This document shows, one piece after another, positions 48,523-56,540 of a DNA stretch of 64,000 bases. How positions within the stretch are numbered: position 1 is the first letter of the stretch; every line of letters starts with the position of its first letter. The notes under the pieces were generated by a model. That model saw only the letters and a list, made by a program, of their open reading frames with translations. It made no database searches and was not told the origin of the DNA. The position numbers and the translations under genes are program-made. The DNA lies in assembly GCA_024639325.1 (NCBI GenBank), contig JAHEIO010000001.1, positions 54,404 through 118,403 of the forward strand. Reading direction: 5' to 3'. The DNA comes from Gammaproteobacteria bacterium. GTDB lineage: Bacteria; Pseudomonadota; Gammaproteobacteria; Arenicellales; JAANXG01.

Positions 48523-50076
48523 TCAAAGTGGAATGGTGCCGTGCTTCTTGGGCGGTCTCAGTTCGCGCTTGGACAGCGTTTTTCGCAAGGCCAGCGCGAT
48601 CACCGAGCGGGTCTCCGAAGGCTCGATAACATCCGTGATGTAACCGCTGGAGGCGGAAAGGTAAGGGCTACAGAACTCCCCCCGATACGCGGCGGCCAAT
48701 TCCGCGGCCCGGCTGCCGGGATCCTCGGCTTCCTTGAGTTCCCGGCTGTAGAGGATTCTCACCGCCCCTTCCGCACCCATGACCGCGATCTCGGCCGTCG
48801 GCCAGGCGTAAACCAGGTCTGCGCCCATTTCCTGGCTGCACATGGCCAGATAAGAGCCGCCGTAGGCCTTGCGCATGATGATGGTGATCTTTGGCACCGT
48901 CGATGCCGCGTAGGCGTAGAGCATCTTGGCGCCGTGACGAATGATACCGCGGCGCTCCTGCTCCACGCCCGGGAGAAAGCCCGGAACGTCCACCAGCGTG
49001 ACCAGCGGAATGTTGAAGACATTGCAGAAGCGGATGAACCTGGCGCCCTTGTCCGCGGCATCGATATCCAGAGCGCCAGCCATCACCATCGGCTGATTTG
49101 CGACTATGCCCACGACCATGCCTTCGATGCGGGCGAAGCCCACGATCAGGTTCCTGGCGAAGCCGGCGTGGACCTCGAGGAATTCGTTGGTATCGACCAG
49201 GTGCTGGATCACCTGATGGGTATCCAGAGGTTGTGCAATATCGTCTGGAATGATGTCGTTGATGCTCTCGTCGCGGGTAAGGGCAACGTCGGCGTCGATG
49301 CGATGGGGCGGATCTTCGGTATTGTTCGAGGGCAAAAAAGTCAGTAATCGGTGAACCAGCGCGATAGCCTGCAGGTCGTCATCAACCAAGAAATGGGCAT
49401 TGCCGCTGACCGTCGCGTGCATGATGGCGCCGCCGATTTCATCCATAGTGGTGTCGCGGCCGGTGACCGTCTTGATGACTGCTGGGCCGGTGATGAACAT
49501 ATGCGCGTTGTTGCGGGTCATGATGACAAAATCCATCAGCGCCGGAGAATACGACGCGCCGCCGGCACACGGTCCCATGATGACCGCAATCTGCGGGACT
49601 ACCCCTGACATCAGAACATTTTGATAGAACACCCTGCCGTACCCGGAAAGCGCGTCTACGCCCTCCTGAATGCGTGCACCGCCTGAATCCTTGAAGGCGA
49701 CCAGCGGCACACCCATCTTCATCGCATAACGCGTTACCTGCACGATCTTATGTGCGTGCATCTTGCCGAGGGTGCCGGCGCTGACGGTGAAATCCTGGCT
49801 GAACGCGGCGACGGGAATACCACCGACGTAGCCCGTGCCGACGACGATGCCGTCGGCTGGCAGGTCTTTTTTATCCATCCCGAAATGGTGCGTCTGGTGG
49901 TGCACATGGGCGCCCATCTCCTGGAATGTGTCCGGCTGGAACAAGGCCAGGAGGCGCTCCCGGGCCGTCAGCAAACCCTTTTCATGGCGCTTGCGGACCT
50001 TTTCCTCGCCGCCCGCAGAGAAGATTTTCTCGCGGCGTGCCTCGAGTTCCGTGATGAATTTTTTTGGTAGGGTCAT
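48523..50076 (-). CDS. acyl-CoA carboxyltransferase subunit (methylmalonyl-CoA decarboxylase alpha-like)
   Basis: This is a Carboxyl_trans family protein. The N-terminus ELEARREKIFSAGGEEKVRKRHEKGLLTARERL resembles MmdA/PccB. I prefer the start at ATG 50076; alternatives are 50136 or the track start 50271. Confidence 0.85.
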   Translation of the reverse strand: MTLPKKFITELEARREKIFSAGGEEKVRKRHEKGLLTARERLLALFQPDTFQEMGAHVHHQTHHFGMDKKDLPADGIVVGTGYVGGIPVAAFSQDFTVSAGTLGKMHAHKIVQVTRYAMKMGVPLVAFKDSGGARIQEGVDALSGYGRVFYQNVLMSGVVPQIAVIMGPCAGGASYSPALMDFVIMTRNNAHMFITGPAVIKTVTGRDTTMDEIGGAIMHATVSGNAHFLVDDDLQAIALVHRLLTFLPSNNTEDPPHRIDADVALTRDESINDIIPDDIAQPLDTHQVIQHLVDTNEFLEVHAGFARNLIVGFARIEGMVVGIVANQPMVMAGALDIDAADKGARFIRFCNVFNIPLVTLVDVPGFLPGVEQERRGIIRHGAKMLYAYAASTVPKITIIMRKAYGGSYLAMCSQEMGADLVYAWPTAEIAVMGAEGAVRILYSRELKEAEDPGSRAAELAAAYRGEFCSPYLSASSGYITDVIEPSETRSVIALALRKTLSKRELRPPKKHGTIPL

Positions 50077-50226
50077 ATATCGGCCTTTGAATACATTGTC
50101 ATATCGACCGAGGTCGAATTGCTTGATTGAGGTCATTTTAGCCCACCGATGCCCTCCGAGGATATCGTCGAGGTCGACTTGATGCCTGTCAACCCGCGCC
50201 GCCGTCAAGGGTGTTACAAAAGGTCC

Positions 50227-50928
50227 ATGTGGCAGCCGCCCAGCAATGTCACCGAGGATCCGGACCTGCACAACCGATGTCCCGTGTTTTCGGACAGATC
50301 GATGGCCGGGGCGGGGCTGGCGAAGATAATGAGCGAAAGGGAGGACTGCGGCGCCGTTGTTTGCGCCATTCCTGCCGGGGGTGTCCCCGTGGCTGCCGCA
50401 TTAGCCGCGGCGCTTCGTCTGAGCCTGGACCTACTGATCGTAAGCAAAATGACACTGCCCTGGAACACCGAGGCGGGCTTCGGGGCCGTAGCCGCCGACG
50501 GCGCCATCGAAATCAATCGGCCGATGGTGAATGCCATGGCTCTGGATCTTGATACGATCGACAAGAGCATCGAAGCAACCTCGAAAAAAGTCGCGCTAAG
50601 AGAACGACACTACCGCCGATTGATCGACAAACAGACTCTGACCGGTGCTGCCGTGATACTTGTCGATGACGGGCTTGCGTCCGGATTTACGCTGCGCGTC
50701 GCCATCAAGTCCGCCAGGGCCCAGGGTGCCGGAACAATCGTGGTTGCGGTGCCGACCGGTCACAGCGATTCCGTTGCCGGCATCGCACCCCTGTGCGACC
50801 GGTTGTACTGTGCCAATGTACGCGAAGGCATGCGCTTTGCGGTGGCTGCTGCTTACGCGACCTGGTCAGACGTCAGCGAGAGTGAGGTCATGCAGCAACT
50901 CGCTGACTGGCATCGGATGAAAGCATAG
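50227..50928 (+). CDS. phosphoribosyltransferase-family protein
   Basis: The PRT fold motif VILVDDGLASGFT is present. The start is uncertain; Met27 of the track ORF was chosen so that the conserved F.DR..AG N-terminal block is retained. Confidence 0.55.
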   Translation: MWQPPSNVTEDPDLHNRCPVFSDRSMAGAGLAKIMSEREDCGAVVCAIPAGGVPVAAALAAALRLSLDLLIVSKMTLPWNTEAGFGAVAADGAIEINRPMVNAMALDLDTIDKSIEATSKKVALRERHYRRLIDKQTLTGAAVILVDDGLASGFTLRVAIKSARAQGAGTIVVAVPTGHSDSVAGIAPLCDRLYCANVREGMRFAVAAAYATWSDVSESEVMQQLADWHRMKA

Positions 50929-51013
50929 TCAACGACCCGGTTACATCACCCATAACCGTGGGATGTCCGTAAAATTTGTATGTTCGACAATCGTTTGCGG
51001 GCCCTGCCGTAAT

Positions 51014-51523
51014 TCACTGCAGCGCGGACGGTTTTACCAGGTGCAGCAGCCGGGCGCTTCCTTCGGACAATGATTGCCAATCGTCGGGCATGGTCAGGCA
51101 GGCCAGGGCGGCGGTAGGCATGAGTTTTCCATCATCGGGAAGCATGGGCGGTGCGGGCACCAAATACAGCAGCAAAGTCTCGAGACCGGGGTTGTGACCG
51201 ACCAGAAGTACGCGTTTGGCCTCGGGTGAACAATCGCGCAGAACATCCAGCAGCTGTTCCAGGGACGCATCGTATACCCGCTCATCGGTGTGTATCTCCG
51301 CACTCTCCAAAGCCATCGCTTGCAGCACCCTGCGAGTTGTATCGATGGCCCGGGTGGCGGGCGAACTTACGACGTAATCCGGAGTGAGCGCCCGGTCCTG
51401 CAGCCACTTCGCAATCACCTGTGCGCCACGTTTTCCGCGCTTTTTGAGCGGACGATTGTAGTCATCGGTACCGGCACTCCAATCTGATTTCCCGTGCCTG
51501 AGTATGAGAAGTTCTCTGGTCAT
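51014..51523 (-). CDS. sixA: histidine phosphatase, SixA-like
   Basis: It has LILRHGKS (catalytic RHG), a later VGHNPG motif, and a SixA-like size of about 170 aa. The start is ATG 51523. Confidence 0.65.
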   Translation of the reverse strand: MTRELLILRHGKSDWSAGTDDYNRPLKKRGKRGAQVIAKWLQDRALTPDYVVSSPATRAIDTTRRVLQAMALESAEIHTDERVYDASLEQLLDVLRDCSPEAKRVLLVGHNPGLETLLLYLVPAPPMLPDDGKLMPTAALACLTMPDDWQSLSEGSARLLHLVKPSALQ

Positions 51524-51752
51524 ATTTCGTTTTCGTCCGTTACGCCTGGTCGCCGGTCTTGGCAACACTTAATCGAATTTGACTCCTATGTACAATTATG
51601 TCCGAATACTGCAGGTTTATGCTACCGGTCAGTGCACCGACTGAGCGCTCTTGGGGCTGGATTGACGCTAGGTGTAGTGCACGGGAATCGGGCTGTCCAT
51701 CCTTACCGATACAGGAGGAAGCCCCATTCAATTTTGCGAGGAATCGTCTTCA

Positions 51753-53345
51753 TTGACTGAATTTAAATCGAGAAAACAAAGGCTTAGAGAATTCTTGCTC
51801 CCCGAGGGTAAGACAGCGGCTTCGTTCGTCAGATCCTTGCGCAAGCTCGCCGGAATCCGCCGGGCGTCGGCCGGTAAATACGACTGCGTTCTCTACGACA
51901 GCTTCGACGGACGAGCTTATGCCCAGAATGTGCTGCTGAGTTGGGTGGATCGCGAAGGCGGCGGCATATTGCAGGCGTTGTCGGCGCGGGACACGGCATT
52001 GCTCTGGGAGCAGCCGATGAAGAAGCCACCGCCGCGATTCGGCTGGACCATCGACCGGCCTGACAAGGCCGCGTGGCTCAAACGGTGTATGGGTCTGCGT
52101 GCGCTGTTGCCCGCAATCAAGCTGTCAGTGAAGCGGCAGACCTTCCGATGGACCGACGACGAGGACAAGACGCGGGCATGGATACATGTGGAAGACACGG
52201 AGATATCGACCGGCGGTGAATGGGCCCACGCCGGGGTTCGGTTGGTAATCGAACCGCTGCGCGGTTATGCGAGTTCCGTGAAGCGGCTGGAAGACAGAAT
52301 AGTCCATGATACCGGCGCCCGGATCGATCCCGAAGGCTTGTTCGTAAGGCTCATGGAGCGCCATAGTATTGAGTTCGCGCGTCGCAGCGCCAGGCTCAAC
52401 GTGATTCTCGAGCCCGAGATGGAGCCGCGTGCGGCCATAGTCAAGGTGCTGACATTTCTTGCGGACGTGATGGAAGTCAACGAGGAAGGCGTCATGGCCG
52501 CATGGGATACGGAATTCCTTCATGACTTGCGGGTCGCGATTCGAAGAACGCGTTCGCTTCTCGGGCAGCTCAAGAAACAGTTTTCCGCGGAGGACATACA
52601 GCCGTTTCGAGATGAGTTCGCCTGGTTGGGACAGGCTACCGGACGAATGCGAGATATCGATGTCTATTTGCTGGAAATCCCCGAGTTCCAGAAAATGCTG
52701 CCAACGCGCTTTCGCGGCGATCTGATGCCGGTCAGAGACCTGCTGCTGAAACAACAGAAGGCCGAGCACAAGAAGCTCAAAGCTGTGCTGAGATCGAAGA
52801 AATATCGCGACCTGATGACACGATGGCGTGCATTTCTCGAACAGCAACAGCCGGAGCCATCGGCGCCGTCGGGAAATGGCGCCACGGTTGCGATGGTGGC
52901 GAGGAAAAGGATACGCGCGTTGTACAAGCGGGTATTGAAAGAGGGCTGGGCGATCGACGACGAATCGCCCGCGGAAGACCTCCACGAACTGCGTAAATCA
53001 TGCAAAAAGCTGCGTTACCTGATTGAGTGCTTCCAGAGCCTGTTTCCGGCCGATCAGATTGGGGCGGTCATTCGTAAAATGAAGCAGCTCCAGGAAAACC
53101 TCGGCGAATTCCAGGACCTCGACGTTCAGATCGACGGTCTGCTGGAATTCGCCGAACAGCTGGATATCGATAGAGAGGATACGCCGAAAAATCTGCTGGC
53201 GATGGGCGCCATACTCGGAAACCTGGAACATCGAAAGCGCGAGGTCCGGACAGAGTTCAAAGGTCGCTTTGCCGCATTCTCATCCAGTGAGAATCGGGAC
53301 CGTTTCAACAACTTGTTCAGGTATGCACAACGACAGGCCGCATAG
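51753..53345 (+). CDS. CHAD-domain protein with a degenerate CYTH-like N-terminal half
   Basis: 530 aa with a TTG start. A CHAD helical region begins near FLHDLRVAIRRTRSLL, with a second HELRKSCKKLRYL repeat. The N-terminal ~230 aa resembles a CYTH barrel (VLYDSFDGRAY) but lacks the ExExK motif. The extreme N-terminus is basic (KSRKQRLR). Confidence 0.7.
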   Translation: MTEFKSRKQRLREFLLPEGKTAASFVRSLRKLAGIRRASAGKYDCVLYDSFDGRAYAQNVLLSWVDREGGGILQALSARDTALLWEQPMKKPPPRFGWTIDRPDKAAWLKRCMGLRALLPAIKLSVKRQTFRWTDDEDKTRAWIHVEDTEISTGGEWAHAGVRLVIEPLRGYASSVKRLEDRIVHDTGARIDPEGLFVRLMERHSIEFARRSARLNVILEPEMEPRAAIVKVLTFLADVMEVNEEGVMAAWDTEFLHDLRVAIRRTRSLLGQLKKQFSAEDIQPFRDEFAWLGQATGRMRDIDVYLLEIPEFQKMLPTRFRGDLMPVRDLLLKQQKAEHKKLKAVLRSKKYRDLMTRWRAFLEQQQPEPSAPSGNGATVAMVARKRIRALYKRVLKEGWAIDDESPAEDLHELRKSCKKLRYLIECFQSLFPADQIGAVIRKMKQLQENLGEFQDLDVQIDGLLEFAEQLDIDREDTPKNLLAMGAILGNLEHRKREVRTEFKGRFAAFSSSENRDRFNNLFRYAQRQAA

Positions 53346-54085
53346 TGAAAGTCATTGCCAGTTACAATATCAAGGGGGGCGTGGGGAAAACGGCGGCCGC
53401 TGTGAACCTGTCCTACCTGGCAGCCGGAGAAGGTGCCTCGACACTCGTCTGGGACCTGGATCCTCAGGGCGCCGCGTCTTTTTACTTCCGCATCAAGCCG
53501 AAAATTCAAATGGGCGGCAAGGGCCTTTTTCGCCGTAAACGTGCATTGGAGAGAGTGATCAAGGGGACCGACTTTCCCAATCTGGATCTAATACCCGCCG
53601 ACTTCTCGTATCGGAACATGGATCTGATTCTGGAGGGTCTTAGAAATCCGCAGAACCGGATACGTAAATTGCTAAAACCGATGGCGAGAGAATACGACTA
53701 CGTGTTCATCGACTGTCCGCCCAGCATATCCCTGGTGTCGGAAAATGTATTCAAGGCGGCAAATGTTCTTTTGGTTCCAACTATTCCAACCACGCTCTCC
53801 CTGCGCACCCTCGACCAGCTGGTTACATTCATCGCGAAGAGAGGTTACAGGAATTTCACGCTCCTGCCGTTCTTCTCCATGGTCGACAGGAGAAAAAACA
53901 TTCATCGGCTGATCACCAAGCACCGGCCCATGGGTATGGGAAAGTTCCTCGACAGTACGATCCCTTACGCCAGTATCGTGGAACGGATGGGTACCGAGCG
54001 CGCCCCCCTCGAAGTGTATGCCCGCAGCAGTCCCGCCGCCGGGGCCTTTAGGTCGCTCTGGCTGGAGCTCAAAACGAGGCTCTGA
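53345..54085 (+). CDS. orphan ParA/MinD-family ATPase
   Basis: 246 aa. It has the deviant Walker A IKGGVGKT, Walker A' (WDLDPQG) and Walker B (VFIDCPP). There is no N-terminal HTH. The GTG start overlaps the CHAD stop (TAGTG). Confidence 0.85.
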   Translation: MKVIASYNIKGGVGKTAAAVNLSYLAAGEGASTLVWDLDPQGAASFYFRIKPKIQMGGKGLFRRKRALERVIKGTDFPNLDLIPADFSYRNMDLILEGLRNPQNRIRKLLKPMAREYDYVFIDCPPSISLVSENVFKAANVLLVPTIPTTLSLRTLDQLVTFIAKRGYRNFTLLPFFSMVDRRKNIHRLITKHRPMGMGKFLDSTIPYASIVERMGTERAPLEVYARSSPAAGAFRSLWLELKTRL

Positions 54086-54150
54086 TCGGACGGTATTTAT
54101 TGTCCGGGGCACTGAGGGGATATCCGAGCCGGTCCGAGTGCGCCAGGGTG

Positions 54151-55134
54151 TCAGATCTTGGGTTCGAGATACTGTGCCTGGGTACAAATAAAATCCAGGA
54201 TCAGGCTTGCCCCGGCGAGTGCCGTGATGTCGCCGACATCGTAGGCAGGTGCCACCTCCACCAGGTCCATCCCGTGAATATTCAATCCGCCGAGTCCGCG
54301 TATGATCTCCTGCGCCTGGGCTGTGGTCAGGCCGCCGCAAACCGGAGTCCCGGTGCCGGGTGCATAGCAGGGGTCGAGACAATCTATGTCGAACGTCAGA
54401 TAGGCACTCGTGTCGCCGACCAGACGCCGGATCTCCGAGATCGTTTTCTTCGGGCCATTGTCGTGGACCCATTGTGCGTCGAGCCAGGTGAAACCGAGCG
54501 GATCACTGTTGTGGGTTCTGATGCCGATCTGGGCTGAGGTCGAGGGATCGACGATCCCCTCCTTCACCGCATGATAGAACATGGTGCCATGATCGACTCT
54601 CCCCGCTTCGTTGTCGGCCTTCCAGGTATCGGAATGTGAGTCGAAGTGGATGAGCGAGATTTTGCCGTGTGTTTTTGCGTGGGCGCGCACAATCGGCAGG
54701 GTGATGAAGTGGTCTCCTCCGAGTACGATCGACCGGGCACCTGCGTTCAGAATCCGATCGATATGCGCTTCGATGGACCCGGGTATGCTTTCCGGCCGCC
54801 CATGGTCGAAATCGCAGTCGCCGTAATCGATGACGGCCAGCCGGTCGAAGGGGTCGAATCCCCACGGCCAGGGCGCTCCCCAGGCCAGGTTGACCGACGC
54901 GGAGCGTATTGCCTGCGGCCCGAAACGGGCGCCCGGCCTGTGCGTGGTCGCGCTGTCGAAGGTCACGCCCGTCACCGCGAAATCGCAGCCGCTGAGATCT
55001 TTGCTGTAGAACCGCCGCATGAAACTCAATGCCCCCGAGAACGTATTCTCGTGCACCGTGCCGTAGACTTCCTTGCGCACGAAAGCCTGGTCAACGGTTT
55101 CCGTGTCGGGCGATTTTGAACTGTTTTCGGTCAT
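54151..55134 (-). CDS. ureohydrolase (agmatinase / guanidino-acid hydrolase family)
   Basis: 327 aa. The Mn-binding motifs LGGDH, FDSHSD and DIDCLDP are present. Confidence 0.75.
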   Translation of the reverse strand: MTENSSKSPDTETVDQAFVRKEVYGTVHENTFSGALSFMRRFYSKDLSGCDFAVTGVTFDSATTHRPGARFGPQAIRSASVNLAWGAPWPWGFDPFDRLAVIDYGDCDFDHGRPESIPGSIEAHIDRILNAGARSIVLGGDHFITLPIVRAHAKTHGKISLIHFDSHSDTWKADNEAGRVDHGTMFYHAVKEGIVDPSTSAQIGIRTHNSDPLGFTWLDAQWVHDNGPKKTISEIRRLVGDTSAYLTFDIDCLDPCYAPGTGTPVCGGLTTAQAQEIIRGLGGLNIHGMDLVEVAPAYDVGDITALAGASLILDFICTQAQYLEPKI

Positions 55135-55667
55135 TGCTCGGAGTTCGTCTGGATGGCTGGATCGGGGTCTTGGGGGCCCAATCGTACGATATCCTCGAGC
55201 CGCTCCCCCACCAGTTCATAAGCCCTTCCGAATCCGCTAACGAACCGACCCGATCTCGGGGTGAGCCTGAACAGCACGAAGTCGGGCAACGATCGGAGCA
55301 GGTCCATCACGTTTCCGAAGCGCCTAGTGAGGAGCGTCAATATCGAGTCGTAACCGGCGTCATCGCGGTCAATGGTTCGGGATTCGCACAGATAGGTCAA
55401 GCGCTTGCGCGCGAAAATCTGGCTGGCCGCCGCCTCGTCTTCGATCAACAGCACGGACACGACGGGATTTTCGATGAGCTCCAGGGTGTGTTCCGACAGG
55501 CGGCTCAGGTAGATGTAAAAGAACCCCGAATCGAGCACGAAGGGCGCGTAGCTCGCGCGCGGTAGCGCATTCTCTCCGACGGTGGCCATGGTCAGGCTTC
55601 TTGCCCGATTGCGCAGCACCTCGAAATTTTCTCGATCCTTGGTCAGCTGTTCAGCCTTCTCGTTCAT
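55131..55667 (-). CDS. pyridoxamine-5'-phosphate-oxidase-like FMN-binding split-barrel protein (HugZ-like)
   Basis: 178 aa. The call rests on pattern resemblance only (ASYAPFV...FYIYLS...). It overlaps the ureohydrolase start by 4 nt. Confidence 0.4.
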   Translation of the reverse strand: MNEKAEQLTKDRENFEVLRNRARSLTMATVGENALPRASYAPFVLDSGFFYIYLSRLSEHTLELIENPVVSVLLIEDEAAASQIFARKRLTYLCESRTIDRDDAGYDSILTLLTRRFGNVMDLLRSLPDFVLFRLTPRSGRFVSGFGRAYELVGERLEDIVRLGPQDPDPAIQTNSEQ

Positions 55668-55751
55668 CTGAGGTCCATGTAAACTTATCGCTACTCACCT
55701 GATCTAACTAGCCGGATCCGATCAGGAATCCTGACCCAACGTTACAAACGC

Positions 55752-56540
55752 GTGTCCCATTCTATGAAGAATTGGTTGCTAGTGATTATAACCGTGCTGA
55801 CCGCGACCGGTGTGCAGGCCGACCAGATCGAGATCATCCAGTTGCGGAACCGTTCGGCTGCGGAAATCATTCCTTTAATACGCCCGGTGATGAAATCTGG
55901 GGAGGCGCTGTCGGGAACCGGCTTCAAGCTGATACTGCGGGCCAGCCCCGAAACCATAGTAGCAGTCCGGCAAATACTGTCACAGATCGATTCGGGGCTG
56001 AAAAACCTGGTGATTTCCGTGGGCCTTGCCGGATCGTCTCGGGGAGAAGAAAGCGCGGCGGGGGGCGGCATTCGTTATGGCACGGAAAAAGGCGGCTCCG
56101 TGTCGGGATATATAGAACACGGCGAATCGACCGATCAATCGACGGGGACCCAGCGGATTCGCGTGCTCGAAGGTCAGCCGGCGTGGATAAACGCCGGGAA
56201 GACGCTGTTCGCGCCGGGAGTCGTCTATTCACCAGGGCGCGGGGTGGTTTATGGCCCGGTTCGGCACGATTTCGGCACCGGTTTTTACGTGGTCCCGAGG
56301 ATAGTCGGCGACCGGGTCAATCTCGAGATCAGTCAGCATCGAGAGACGCTATCTGGAACGGGGGCGGCGATAGACGTGCAAAGCGTCACCACGGTAGTGA
56401 CCGGATCACTGGGAGAGTGGATCGATATCGGCGGGGCTGTACAAAGCGAACAGCGGAAGCGGAGGGGCGTTCTCAGCGGGGCGCGTTCAGACATTGATCA
56501 GGAACACAGCGTCAGCGTCAGGGTCGATATCGTCGAATGA
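55752..56540 (+). CDS. small secretin-like exported protein (NolW/secretin-N domain plus a truncated secretin-like C-part)
   Basis: 262 aa with a signal peptide (LLVIITVLTATGVQA). The N-domain pattern is IEIIQLRNRSAAEIIPLIRPVM...GFKLILRASPETIVAVRQILSQID. The C-part has RVLEGQPAWI and VVPRIVGDRVNLEISQ blocks reminiscent of secretin cores. It overlaps yejA by ATGA. Confidence 0.45.
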   Translation: MSHSMKNWLLVIITVLTATGVQADQIEIIQLRNRSAAEIIPLIRPVMKSGEALSGTGFKLILRASPETIVAVRQILSQIDSGLKNLVISVGLAGSSRGEESAAGGGIRYGTEKGGSVSGYIEHGESTDQSTGTQRIRVLEGQPAWINAGKTLFAPGVVYSPGRGVVYGPVRHDFGTGFYVVPRIVGDRVNLEISQHRETLSGTGAAIDVQSVTTVVTGSLGEWIDIGGAVQSEQRKRRGVLSGARSDIDQEHSVSVRVDIVE

